Origin: a virus
Lineage: Duplodnaviria > Caudoviricetes
IMG/VR virus record: IMGVR_UViG_3300032097_000001
Span: 1-35,181 of that record
Length of the DNA: 35,181 nt
Reading direction: 5' to 3' (one strand)
The notes under the pieces are model-generated. The model was not told the origin of the DNA and did not search any database. It saw only the letters and a list, made by a program, of their open reading frames with translations. Positions within the stretch are counted from its first letter, which is position 1, and the number at the start of each line of letters is the position of its first letter. The position numbers and the translations under genes are program-made. Positions 16,107 to 25,135 of this stretch are shown in pieces.

Positions 16107-17221
16107 GCGGCACCTCCTCGCTGGACGGCGCGCACGGCCGTCACGTAGTCACACTCGTTACGCTCCTGGTACGCCAGCGCCTGGCGATGCAGTCGCACCT
16201 TGTCCGGGTCGGCCTGGTAGCCTTCCGGGGTCTCGAAGCTGTCGGCGTTGGCATCATCGCCACCGGCGCCGGCACGCTCGCTGTAGTCCACCGCCTGGGG
16301 CAGCTCTTTCAGGAACTCCTCCAGGAAGGCGCGGCCGTTGGTCTTCACCTTGTCCTTGCCCTCGCCGAACTCCAGCGCGCCCTCGGCGTCCTGGTTAGCC
16401 ATGAACGCCACCAGGCCGTCGCGGTGCTTGGGCAGCACGCGGCCCTCGGTCACCAACTGGTCGACCATCTTGGCGCTGTCCTCGGTTTGCTGTTGGCGGG
16501 TGCGCTCGGCGAACGCCGCCTCCTGTTCCTTGATGCGGTTCTCCCGCGCCTCGATTTCCTGGCGCTGGCGCTCCAGTTCTTGTTTGTCCACGTCGGTCAC
16601 CTCCTGGGTGGTCTTGGGTTGCGGTTTGGCGGGCGCGGTGGCCTCGCTGTAGGCGGGCGAATCCGGCACCTCCAGGTGCTCGATCTCCCAGTCGGGCAAT
16701 ACCTGGTCGGCGGCCTCGCGGCCTTTCTCGCCGATCAGGTGCTCGCGCAGGCTGCGGAACAGACGCTGCACCACCCCCGGGCGCACCTCGCCGAACTCCA
16801 CCTCGACCACATCCGTGTCGCCGTCGGTGAACTCGATCTGCTTCAGGCCCTTGATGGCCGGCGGCTGGGCGCCCAGAAAGCCCACGTGGCGCAGGTAGTA
16901 AACGCCAGGCTTAGGGTTAGCGGGGGAGTCGGGGCGGTAGAAGCTCGCGGACACCTTCTTGAAGCGTCCAGCCTCCACCAGCTCGGCGAACTGCGGCTCC
17001 ACCTGGTCGGGCTCGGCCTCCAGGCTCTCGCCATAGTTCAGGGATTTGACCCAGCCATAGGCCGGGTGGTCGTGGCTGGGGTGGCCCACAACCATGGGCG
17101 CTTCATGGAGCGCCGGATCGTAGGCATCGGCGGACGCGCGCAGCTCCGCCTCGGTAAACCCGATGGTCTCGCCGGACATGGCGGTGTGCTTGCCCGGCCG
17201 GAAAATTTCGATTCGCTGCAT
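16103..17221 (-). CDS. Prohead protease/scaffold (Mu gpI/Z position)
   Basis: IEIFRPGKH, APMVVGHP, PAYGWV, FKKVSASFY, YLRHVGFLGAQPPAIKGL; coiled-coil C-terminal half. Confidence 0.9.
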   Translation of the reverse strand: MQRIEIFRPGKHTAMSGETIGFTEAELRASADAYDPALHEAPMVVGHPSHDHPAYGWVKSLNYGESLEAEPDQVEPQFAELVEAGRFKKVSASFYRPDSPANPKPGVYYLRHVGFLGAQPPAIKGLKQIEFTDGDTDVVEVEFGEVRPGVVQRLFRSLREHLIGEKGREAADQVLPDWEIEHLEVPDSPAYSEATAPAKPQPKTTQEVTDVDKQELERQRQEIEARENRIKEQEAAFAERTRQQQTEDSAKMVDQLVTEGRVLPKHRDGLVAFMANQDAEGALEFGEGKDKVKTNGRAFLEEFLKELPQAVDYSERAGAGGDDANADSFETPEGYQADPDKVRLHRQALAYQERNECDYVTAVRAVQRGGAA

Positions 17222-17247
17222 AGCGGCCTCCCGTGATGATGGGGGCC

Positions 17248-17294
17248 AGTATCAGGACAATCGCCGGAGGCAATAAGGTGTAGGACTTCAGCAG
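17248..17294 (-). promoter_or_regulatory. Activator-dependent late promoter (P_I-like)
   Basis: Box CTGCTGAAGTCCTACACC, 23 bp, then GATACT. 15/18 identical to, and identically spaced as, the box upstream of the holin. Confidence 0.7.
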
Positions 17295-17485
17295 GCAGGA
17301 GGGGTGGCCGAAGGGCCGGAAAAGCGGCGCGGGTACGCGCGGACCATGTAACCACCAGACAAGGCAGGTGGCAAGTTGTTTAAGACCCGTTTAACGGCTC
17401 GCACAGCGGTTTAAAAACTTTCGGGCGGGCCTACGTTGCGCCCCACCCTTAGAACGGCTCTCAGGGGCCTTACAGGGCGCGCCCG

Positions 17486-17998
17486 CTATCGGGCCGTTTC
17501 GGGCAATGTGTGCCGGGTCAAGATGGCGTCGATCGCACGGCGGTCGTCATCGGACAAGCCCAGGTACGGACGCGCCGGAATCTCCACCTGTTTGACCAGG
17601 GCGAAGGCGCCACCGGAGCGACCGATCGCCAGCGCGGGCGCACGCTTGGCCCGAATGATACCGCCCAGCTGGTGGATGGCGCCATAGATCTTGTTAGTGC
17701 CTTGCTCCAGGGAGTGATTGCCCGCCTGGTAGTGGATGGAGCCGCGCAGGCCGCTGCCGCCGCTCTCGGTCAGGATCTGGTCGTTGCGCTTGTTAGCCTT
17801 GGTGAACTCGGACAGCGGCTCCCAGGGGTTGCCCTCGGGGTCGGTCTCGGTGCGGAAGCGCTCCTCCACGGAGCCCTGCAGGTGCTCGCCGATCTCCAGC
17901 AGCGCCGGGCGCAGGCTGCCCATGTTGCGCACGATCTGGTCCAGCACGTCGCTGGTGACCTGGTCGCGGATCTCGGTGTTCAGCTCAATGCCGGCCAT
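17486..17998 (-). CDS. Virion morphogenesis protein (Mu gpG-like)
   Basis: RFRTETDPEGNPWEPLS, GTNKIYGAIHQLGG, IPARPYLGLS. Confidence 0.92.
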   Translation of the reverse strand: MAGIELNTEIRDQVTSDVLDQIVRNMGSLRPALLEIGEHLQGSVEERFRTETDPEGNPWEPLSEFTKANKRNDQILTESGGSGLRGSIHYQAGNHSLEQGTNKIYGAIHQLGGIIRAKRAPALAIGRSGGAFALVKQVEIPARPYLGLSDDDRRAIDAILTRHTLPETAR

Positions 17999-18001
17999 GA
18001 C

Positions 18002-18793
18002 TTACTCCAGGTCGTCGGGGTCTTCGCGCAGGCGCGCGCGGATCTCGCCCATCATCGCGGTGCCCAGGGCGTCGGGCAGCTTGGCGCGCTTGCGCTCCAC
18101 GGTCTCGCGGGTGCGCTCGGCCACGCTGCGCCCCGGGGGGTAGTTCCAGCCCGGGTCGACACCCACCGGCACATCCTCCTGGCGCTCGCCGGTCGGGTCC
18201 TGCCAGGGCTCCCGCTGCACCGTCGGCGCATTGTCCGGGCCGTCCTTGCCCAGGCGCTCCAGGTCCGCCGGCCCCACGGCCACCACCTTGCAGCTGCAGC
18301 CCCAGCCATTGGGCGGGTAGTGTTCGTTCCACCAGGGATCGTCGGCGCGCAGCACCAGGCCGTCCCAGCTCAGGTGATCGGGGCGCGGGTCGGCACTGCC
18401 GCCGTGCAGGTAACGCCAGTACGGGCGGGTGCGCAGCAGGTCGGGGTCGGTCAGCTGGGCATGGCGTCCGGCGGCGTAGGCGCTGCGCAGGTTGGTCTCG
18501 TAGATCACCCGCGTGCGCCAGCCACGCCCGCCGCGATACTCCCAGCCGGTGCGCTCCACCGTCTCGTCGAAGCGCTCGCGGAACTGTTCCAGGGTGGTGC
18601 CCTGGCTGATCGCCTCGTCCACGGCCCCGCGCAGGTCGGCCAATAAATCCGCCTTGGCGGCGCCGGCCACCATGAAGGCGCTGTCGTGGGCGCTTTTCCA
18701 CACGTTGGTCCAGCGCTCGGTGGGCAGATTCACCTTTTTACGAAAGAAGGCGATCGCCTCCTCGAACGGCAGATCCTTGTACTCGACGGCCAT
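18002..18793 (-). CDS. Head morphogenesis protein (MuF/gp30, SPP1 gp7 family)
   Basis: LPFEEAIAFFRKK, AFMVAGA, IYETNLRSAYAAGR, PRPDHLSWDG, YPPNGWGCSC. Confidence 0.93.
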   Translation of the reverse strand: MAVEYKDLPFEEAIAFFRKKVNLPTERWTNVWKSAHDSAFMVAGAAKADLLADLRGAVDEAISQGTTLEQFRERFDETVERTGWEYRGGRGWRTRVIYETNLRSAYAAGRHAQLTDPDLLRTRPYWRYLHGGSADPRPDHLSWDGLVLRADDPWWNEHYPPNGWGCSCKVVAVGPADLERLGKDGPDNAPTVQREPWQDPTGERQEDVPVGVDPGWNYPPGRSVAERTRETVERKRAKLPDALGTAMMGEIRARLREDPDDLE

Positions 18794-20256
18794 TACTCGC
18801 CCTCGCTCACATCGGCCCGGCCGGACAGCTCAGCCGTGGCGATGGCCTTCTGCATGACCTTGGCCAGCTGGTCGCTGGGCATGTCCTCGTACAGCTCCAG
18901 CAGGCCGTCGCGCAGCTCCTCCATGGTCGCGGCACTGTCCACCAGGCGGCGCACCGGCTCCATCATCTCGCCCCAAGCGGGCTCGGCTTCGCGCTCCAGG
19001 CGGTCGGCCAGCCGATCGCTGCGGCGTTTGGCGCTCTCGTCGTCACGCTCAGCAAAGCCCAGGCCGGGCGGCCCGCCGGGGCCTGCTGGCGACGGCCGGT
19101 TGTCCACTTCCCAGCCCTCGCCGTAGGTCTCGGTGATGTAGCGCAGAGTGGGCCGGTAACCCAGGCGCGCCACACGCTCATCGCGCAGGGCCTTACGGGC
19201 CAGGTCATCGGTCTGGTCCATCTTGCGCCACATGCGCGGCGTCTTGGCGTTGGGGTAGTTCCAGTCGGTCAGCCACTTGGCCACCGACTGATTGAACGAT
19301 TCGCACACCACGTCGGCGTCGGCCTTCACGATGTCGTCGCGCACGTCGCCCGCCATGTCCTCGCCACCCAGGCGGCCGGGGGCGCTCTCGCTGGAGCCGG
19401 TATGGCCCAGGATCACCTTGGCGATCGCCCGGTCCATGCGGTCATACAGCGAGGTGTAATCGCCGGTACCGGAGCGGGCCGCCTCGATCAGCTCGATCTG
19501 CATACCCTCGGGCACGATCACGCCGGAGTCGCTGTGCACCGCCTGCAGTGCCTGCAGCAGTCGCTGCTTTTGGCTCTCGGTGCTGGACTGCGGGAACGTG
19601 CCCTTGGCGGTGGGCTGGCCGAACTTGTCCAGGAACGTCAGCCACAGGCGCAGGCCGTTGCGCTTGAAGAACACCGGCCAGTACAGCCAGTGACCCAGGC
19701 CCTGGCCGTAGGGCTCGTCGTCATGATCGGCGCCGGTGCTGAAGGTCCAGAACTTGCGATCGGGTAGCAGCTCGCCCTCGGGCGAACTGGTCGTCAGCAG
19801 GCGCAGGCGGCCCGCACCATCGAAGCGGAAGCGGCGGCGGTTGCGCACCTTGATGTCGTCCAGGGTCACGTGGCGGCCGTCGCGGCCCCACAGGCACTCG
19901 GCCACGGCGTAGCCGTAGAACACGCCATACAGCATGTTGCTGGTGGCCCGGTCGAAGCGCAGCGCCTTCAGCTGATCGCGCAGGAAGTCGGCGGCGGCCT
20001 TGTCCTGCCGCCCCGATCCGCCGGGCTCCACCTCCCAGTCGGCCTGGGTCACGGCCAGCTGGCGTTGCTGCCAGGTGGCTTTAACCTGGTCATCGCGCAG
20101 CAGCTCCTGGTACAGCCGCAAGTCGCCGCCACCCCGGGAGGCCAGCACGGTGTCCGTGGGCTGCATGAGCTGCAACGGGTGAACGTAGCCCCGGGTAATG
20201 TCGCGGCCATCCAGCGTGGTGGCCACCTCTTGCATGTCTGGCTTTTCGGTCGCCAT
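18793..20256 (-). CDS. Portal protein (Mu gp29, DUF935)
   Basis: FYGYAVAECLW, PYGQGLGHWLYWPVFFK, FLDKFGQP, IAKVILG. Confidence 0.93.
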   Translation of the reverse strand: MATEKPDMQEVATTLDGRDITRGYVHPLQLMQPTDTVLASRGGGDLRLYQELLRDDQVKATWQQRQLAVTQADWEVEPGGSGRQDKAAADFLRDQLKALRFDRATSNMLYGVFYGYAVAECLWGRDGRHVTLDDIKVRNRRRFRFDGAGRLRLLTTSSPEGELLPDRKFWTFSTGADHDDEPYGQGLGHWLYWPVFFKRNGLRLWLTFLDKFGQPTAKGTFPQSSTESQKQRLLQALQAVHSDSGVIVPEGMQIELIEAARSGTGDYTSLYDRMDRAIAKVILGHTGSSESAPGRLGGEDMAGDVRDDIVKADADVVCESFNQSVAKWLTDWNYPNAKTPRMWRKMDQTDDLARKALRDERVARLGYRPTLRYITETYGEGWEVDNRPSPAGPGGPPGLGFAERDDESAKRRSDRLADRLEREAEPAWGEMMEPVRRLVDSAATMEELRDGLLELYEDMPSDQLAKVMQKAIATAELSGRADVSEGE

Positions 20257-21813
20257 CTAGAAGCTCCCCATATCTGTGCCACCACCGACGGCGCCCCAGC
20301 CCACGTCCTGCTGGAGCCGCCCGGCCTGGTAGCCGCTGCGCTGAATGCCGGTGCTGCGAAATTCGATTTCCACCCCGTCCGTGCGGGTGGCGTAGTAGGC
20401 CAGGGCCAGCGCGATGGCGCCGTCGCCGTGGCGGTTTTTCTGGCCGGTGCTCTTGGGCAGACGGGCCACGCCATCCACCAGCTTGATGGCCCGCAGGTCA
20501 TCCAGCAGATGCGCGTCCTTGGGGATCTCCAGCTCGCCATCCTCAAAGGCCGCCTTCAGCGGTGGCATGTGTTCGCGGTACCAGCCCTCGGTAAACTGCA
20601 CCTCATGGATGCGCGCGCCGTAATGCTGGGTGGCCACCTCGGCCAGGTAGGCACCGTTGCCCCGGGCATCCAGGGCGCCCACGTGAAAGCGCGGGAAGCG
20701 GTCGCAGACATAGAACAGCACCTGCTTTTGCTGCTCGAACGGCATGTTGCCCAACTCCACCACGAACGGCACCCGGCGCTTGAGGTCCTGGCCTGTGACC
20801 ATGGGCACGATCACCGTCAGGTCAGAGACCCGCCCGAAGTCCTCGCCCACGGAGACCAGCAACTCCGGCGGCAACACGGCCAGCAGCGGGCGCAGCTCGC
20901 GCTCGCACCAGTCGCGGATCTCCGCCTCGCGCAGGTGCGGCGCCCAGTGCTTGAACTCGTCGGGCATCGCCAGGCGCAGCACCGGCGGGCCTTCCGCCAT
21001 GCGCGCCTCGATCAGCGCGCGGGAAAGCCAGGCACCGGAGCCCTGGGACGGGATGACATCCAGCTCCTCGCCGGCGGCGTCGCCATAGAAGGCGTACACG
21101 CTCTCCAGCCAATCGGCCTCACCCTCGGCGGTCCAGTCCTTGCCCAGGCGCAGACACACTCGCTGGTACAAGCCCTGCGCTATGGCCTCCTGGAAGGTGA
21201 TGCGCTGCACGCTGCCCCGGCGCTTACCGGCGCGGATGTCGTTGATTAACTCGTTGAAGGGGTTGCGCTCGCCGTTGTGGGTGCTGATCACGCGCACCTT
21301 GCCGCCCCAGATCAGCAGCGCCAGGGCCGCTTTCAGCAGCTCGCCCAGCTTGTCGTGGAACGCCGCCTCGTCGATCACCACCACGCCCTGCTTACCGCGC
21401 AAGTTGGCGGGGCGACTGGACAGGGCCACGATGCGGTGGCCGCTGTCGGGAAACTTGATGGTAAAGGTCTTGATGTTCTTGTCGTCGCCGGCTTCCTCCC
21501 AGATCCCCTCCTCGACGGTGCTGGCCGCGTGGTTGAACACGCGCGCCCACATGCCGCACGCCTCCACGTACTCGATGGCCATGTCCTGGTTGTAGCCGAT
21601 GTAATAGACATTCTGCCCGCCGGCGGCCTTGCTGCTCGCCGCGATCAGCACGTTGTCCGATGCCTCCGCCCAGGTCAGGCCCGTGCGGCGCGACTTCTCG
21701 GACACCTTCAGCTGGCTGTCATCGGCAATCCACGCCTGCTGGTAGCCCAGCAGCACCGGCGGCGGGGCGTCGGCGTCATGGGTGGCCGGCAGGCGGGCGG
21801 GAACGTCGGTCAT
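20257..21813 (-). CDS. terL: Terminase large subunit (Mu gp28-like)
   Basis: LLGYQQAW, EKSRRTGLTWAEA, LRGKQGVVVIDEAAFH, ISTHNG, GEDFGRVSDL, RHGDGAIA. ATG at 21813. Confidence 0.94.
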   Translation of the reverse strand: MTDVPARLPATHDADAPPPVLLGYQQAWIADDSQLKVSEKSRRTGLTWAEASDNVLIAASSKAAGGQNVYYIGYNQDMAIEYVEACGMWARVFNHAASTVEEGIWEEAGDDKNIKTFTIKFPDSGHRIVALSSRPANLRGKQGVVVIDEAAFHDKLGELLKAALALLIWGGKVRVISTHNGERNPFNELINDIRAGKRRGSVQRITFQEAIAQGLYQRVCLRLGKDWTAEGEADWLESVYAFYGDAAGEELDVIPSQGSGAWLSRALIEARMAEGPPVLRLAMPDEFKHWAPHLREAEIRDWCERELRPLLAVLPPELLVSVGEDFGRVSDLTVIVPMVTGQDLKRRVPFVVELGNMPFEQQKQVLFYVCDRFPRFHVGALDARGNGAYLAEVATQHYGARIHEVQFTEGWYREHMPPLKAAFEDGELEIPKDAHLLDDLRAIKLVDGVARLPKSTGQKNRHGDGAIALALAYYATRTDGVEIEFRSTGIQRSGYQAGRLQQDVGWGAVGGGTDMGSF

Positions 21814-21826
21814 ACCAGGCACCCCA

Positions 21827-22570
21827 TCAGGCCGACTCGGCCAGCTTGCGCAGCCGCTCGGTGGCCACGGCGTAATAGTGCGGGTCGATCTCCATACCCA
21901 CGAAGCCGCGCCCGGATTCCAGGGCGGCCACGCCGGTGGTGGCCGATCCCATGAACGGGTCCAGCACCGTGCCACCCTCGGGCGCCAGGCGGATCACCTC
22001 CTGCATCAGCGACACCGGTTTGCCCACCTGGTGCAGCTTCTCGCCCTTGCGCGGGGCGCAGCGCACCACGCCAGGCAGCGCCGGCGCATCCGGCCCAGCC
22101 TTGGCGCGCGGCCCCTTGCTCGCGGTCAGAACGAACTCGGACTGCTGACGATGCCAGCCCTTGACCGGCCGCGTGCCCTCGGTCTTGTCCCACACCAGGA
22201 TGCCGCGCAGCACGAAGCCCGCCACCTGGATGGCGTCGGAGACGGTCGGCAGCTGCCGCCAGTCGCAGAACACAGCGACCACCCCCCCCCGTTTGAGGGC
22301 GCGATAACTGGCGGTTAACCAGCGCTCACACCACAGGGCATAGGCTCGCTGGTCGCGTGTATCGCCCGGCCAGCTCGGGGCGACGTGACGCGCCCCGGTG
22401 TTCAGGTACTTGTTGCCGGTGTCCTGCACGCGGTCGCCCCGGAACATGCCGCCGCTTGAATAAGGCGGGTCCGTGATCAGTGCGTCCACCGACTCCGGCG
22501 CCAGTTCGGCCAGGGTAGTCAGGGCATCGCCTTGGATCAGCTGGGCGTTGTCAGCCTCCAGTGTCTGCAT
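21827..22570 (-). CDS. DNA N6-adenine/N4-cytosine methyltransferase (beta class)
   Basis: ITDPPY catalytic motif precedes VLDPFMGSATTGVAA SAM-binding motif; HQVGKP. Confidence 0.92.
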   Translation of the reverse strand: MQTLEADNAQLIQGDALTTLAELAPESVDALITDPPYSSGGMFRGDRVQDTGNKYLNTGARHVAPSWPGDTRDQRAYALWCERWLTASYRALKRGGVVAVFCDWRQLPTVSDAIQVAGFVLRGILVWDKTEGTRPVKGWHRQQSEFVLTASKGPRAKAGPDAPALPGVVRCAPRKGEKLHQVGKPVSLMQEVIRLAPEGGTVLDPFMGSATTGVAALESGRGFVGMEIDPHYYAVATERLRKLAESA

Positions 22571-22591
22571 GTTGGTCTTGTCTCCGTTCGG

Positions 22592-23143
22592 TTATTTGGC
22601 AATGCCCAGCAGCTCGCGGCGCAGGTTGTTGACCATCTCGGAAGACAGCCCGCCGCGCTTGGCCACTTCGGCGGCCTTGTCGGCGGCCTCCTGGGCCACC
22701 TCTCGGCGCACCTCGCGCGCCCACTTCTTCTGTCCCAGGCTCATGCGGCCGATGTCAGCCAGGGCATGGGTGATGCTGGCCATGTACTTGGCGGCCTTCT
22801 CGGGCTCGTGCTCGGCCTTGCGTAGGGCGATGGTGATGCGCAGCAGTTGCTCCTGGACGATCCGCGCGGTGGCGTCCACCAGGCTGCCCTTGCTGTCGTC
22901 GTCGGACTCGGTGAACGCCTTGGCCATCTCGGTGGTCTTGCGCACGTCGCCCATGGCCATCTCGAACTCTTCCTGCAGGTCCTGGCCGTAGCGCTGAACG
23001 GAGGAACGCGACACCTTGAAGCCGCGCTCCTCCAGCCAGCTGGCCATCTGCTCGTAACCCTGAAAGCCACTCGACACCAGGCGCTCGTTCAGTTCGTCGC
23101 GCAGCTCCGGCGGCAGCTCGTAGACCTTGGATCGCTTGGGCAT
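22592..23143 (-). CDS. Mu gp27-like protein (DUF3486; putative small terminase)
   Basis: MPKRSKVYELPPELRDEL, VSRSSVQRYG, GGLSSEMV...ILG-like end. ATG at 23143. Confidence 0.88.
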   Translation of the reverse strand: MPKRSKVYELPPELRDELNERLVSSGFQGYEQMASWLEERGFKVSRSSVQRYGQDLQEEFEMAMGDVRKTTEMAKAFTESDDDSKGSLVDATARIVQEQLLRITIALRKAEHEPEKAAKYMASITHALADIGRMSLGQKKWAREVRREVAQEAADKAAEVAKRGGLSSEMVNNLRRELLGIAK

Positions 23144-23144
23144 C

Positions 23145-23444
23145 TCACACCCCCGGACGCGGACGCGCCACGCCGGGGACGTTGGCCCGGCCGGCGGCGA
23201 CATCGCCCCCACGGGCGGTCAGGGTCACGATCCAGCCGGCGCGGGGCTGCTGGACGATCACCAGGCCCTGCTCCTCCAGCCAGGCCAGATCCCCATGCAG
23301 CCGGTCGCGACTGACGTTGTGGGCATAGGCCCCGGCCAGCTCGTCGTTCAGGCTGTACTCGTTGGTGGTGTACTCGTTGCGCCGGGACAGGATGCGCAGC
23401 ACGCCTAAACGGCGGCCCTCGGTCTCGAAATCTTGAAAGCTCAT
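23145..23444 (-). CDS. Mu gp26-like winged-helix protein
   Basis: RRLGVLRIL, VSRDRLHGDLAWLEEQGL, LTARGGDVAAGRANVPGVARPRP. Confidence 0.85.
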   Translation of the reverse strand: MSFQDFETEGRRLGVLRILSRRNEYTTNEYSLNDELAGAYAHNVSRDRLHGDLAWLEEQGLVIVQQPRAGWIVTLTARGGDVAAGRANVPGVARPRPGV

Positions 23445-23448
23445 ATGG

Positions 23449-23790
23449 TTACTTCTCCCTCCGCTCCTGCAGCAGGTAGTCGTGCAGCCGGTGCAGCAGC
23501 GCCGTGGTGCCCTGCAACTGGGCCGTCACCCCCTCCAGTGTTCGATTGGTCTGGGCCATCTCGGCCCGCAAGTTGTCCAGGTCGCCGTACCCGGGCCGGT
23601 TCTCCAGGGTCTGCTCCAGGCGCTTCACGTGCTGGTCCATGTCGGTCACTCGATCGTCTACCTGCTGGATCGCCTTGGTCGTTGCCCGCGTGCGCCCGGT
23701 CCACCACACATAGATCCCGATTACCGCCATGATTAACGTCTGCGCCACGTCCCAGAAAAAGCGCGCGCCGTCGATGTTTACAGCCTCCAT
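23449..23790 (-). CDS. Mu gp25-like membrane-anchored coiled-coil protein (DUF2730-like)
   Basis: ATG at 23790; one TM helix then coiled coil (RLEQTLENRP); synteny. Confidence 0.75.
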   Translation of the reverse strand: MEAVNIDGARFFWDVAQTLIMAVIGIYVWWTGRTRATTKAIQQVDDRVTDMDQHVKRLEQTLENRPGYGDLDNLRAEMAQTNRTLEGVTAQLQGTTALLHRLHDYLLQERREK

Positions 23791-24026
23791 CAGGCCCCCG
23801 TCGTCTTCTGTTGTTGTTCCTGGTCCGCCTGGCATTCCACGCAGCGGCAGGCACTTGGCCAGGCCGCAAGGCGGGCCGCCGGAATCGGCAGCCCACAGTC
23901 CAGACACGCCCCGTCTGGCGATCCCTCGCCACCTTCCTGCATTCGCTTGCGGTGCTGCTCCAGGGCGTGGTCGATCTCGCCCTGGCTCAGCTCGCTGGCT
24001 CGCTCGTAGTCCCGTTCATCAAACAC
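23790..24026 (-). CDS. TraR/DksA C4-type zinc-finger protein
   Basis: CLDCGLPIPAARL...RCVECQ. Confidence 0.9.
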   Translation of the reverse strand: MFDERDYERASELSQGEIDHALEQHRKRMQEGGEGSPDGACLDCGLPIPAARLAAWPSACRCVECQADQEQQQKTTGA

Positions 24027-24035
24027 GGCTACACC

Positions 24036-24626
24036 TCACCCGCCCAGGCGCTTGGAAATAGCGCCCAGTAGGCCACCGCCAGGCTGCTGCCCGGCTGCCA
24101 CCTGTTTGTCCTGGCTGCGCTTGGCCACGTTCACGCCCAACACAGAGAGCGCAACGGCCCACTGCATACCCAGCGCGGAGACCATATTCCCCACGGCGTT
24201 GATGATCGGGCCGGCCTCAGCGGGTGATGCGATCGCCGCGTACAGACAGGCGCCGATGATGCCGAACGCCTGGACCACCCAGGCCAGCGCCACGGCATAG
24301 CCGAAGGTGGGGCGCCAGCGGCGCACGTAGCCGTCGTTGCTGGCCGCCTCGGCGCGCATGGTCTTGTTGACCTGGGTCAGCCGGGAGGTCTCGGCCTCCA
24401 GGTGCATGCGGGTCAGCTCCTGCTCGTTCTCCATCTCCAGCTTGCGCACACGCTCCAGCGCCGCCGGGTCGGCCTTCAGTGCCTCGCCGATCGCGTCGGG
24501 CGTGGCATCGGTTCCCAACACCTTGGCCACCAGGCCGCCGACAGCACCGCCGGCCGGACCACCCAGCATGGAGCCCACCAGCGGCGCTGCCTTGGCGACA
24601 ATGCCGCCCACATCAGACCAATTCAT
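24036..24626 (-). CDS. 3TM holin-like (GTA-holin family) membrane protein
   Basis: ATG at 24626; glycine-zipper N-terminus, coiled coil, RRWRPTFGY, two TM helices, LGVNVAKRSQDK. Confidence 0.75.
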   Translation of the reverse strand: MNWSDVGGIVAKAAPLVGSMLGGPAGGAVGGLVAKVLGTDATPDAIGEALKADPAALERVRKLEMENEQELTRMHLEAETSRLTQVNKTMRAEAASNDGYVRRWRPTFGYAVALAWVVQAFGIIGACLYAAIASPAEAGPIINAVGNMVSALGMQWAVALSVLGVNVAKRSQDKQVAAGQQPGGGLLGAISKRLGG

Positions 24627-25135
24627 CAGGGTGTCTCCTCGATAAACTCGGCCACCCGGTTGGCCCAGCCAGCAGCAAACGCCGCCTGCGAGGGGTCGCG
24701 GGTGATCAGTTGTCCATAGAAACGGCAGCGCTCGGCGAGCACCCCGCAATAAAGATCCGTGCCGTCCTGGCTGTTGACGGCCGCCAGGGTTATCGGCCCC
24801 ACCTTGCCGTCGGTGTTCACGTCCGCCGCCTGCTGCAGCCAGCGTGCGGCACGCGCAGGGCCGTGGTTCACGGCGCAGTCCACCACCAGGGCGGCCAGGT
24901 CCTCGTCCTCGATGTCAGCGAAGCGGGGCTCCACCACATAGCGGGCGGCGTAGATCTCGCGGGCCTCGTCCTCGGTCAGGTCGCGGACCTCGTCCACGCT
25001 CACCGAACGGCCGCGCCAGCTGGCCAGAGTTTCCTGGGTGATGCCGTAATTGGTGGCGCCGCCCCGGTCGGCGGCGTGGTTCACGAAGCCGCCCTCGCGG
25101 CGCAGGATGTCGTTGATCAGTTGCTTGATGTTCAT
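24626..25135 (-). CDS. Endolysin, glycoside hydrolase family 108 with PG-binding domain
   Basis: REGGFVNHAADRGGATNYGIT, DCAVNHG, DGKVGPITL, FAAGWANR. Confidence 0.93.
   Translation of the reverse strand: MNIKQLINDILRREGGFVNHAADRGGATNYGITQETLASWRGRSVSVDEVRDLTEDEAREIYAARYVVEPRFADIEDEDLAALVVDCAVNHGPARAARWLQQAADVNTDGKVGPITLAAVNSQDGTDLYCGVLAERCRFYGQLITRDPSQAAFAAGWANRVAEFIEETP

Noticed and set aside
18002-18793. MuF protein as a polymorphic toxin carrier
   Set aside because: It is a short 263-aa form with no C-terminal toxin extension and no following immunity gene.
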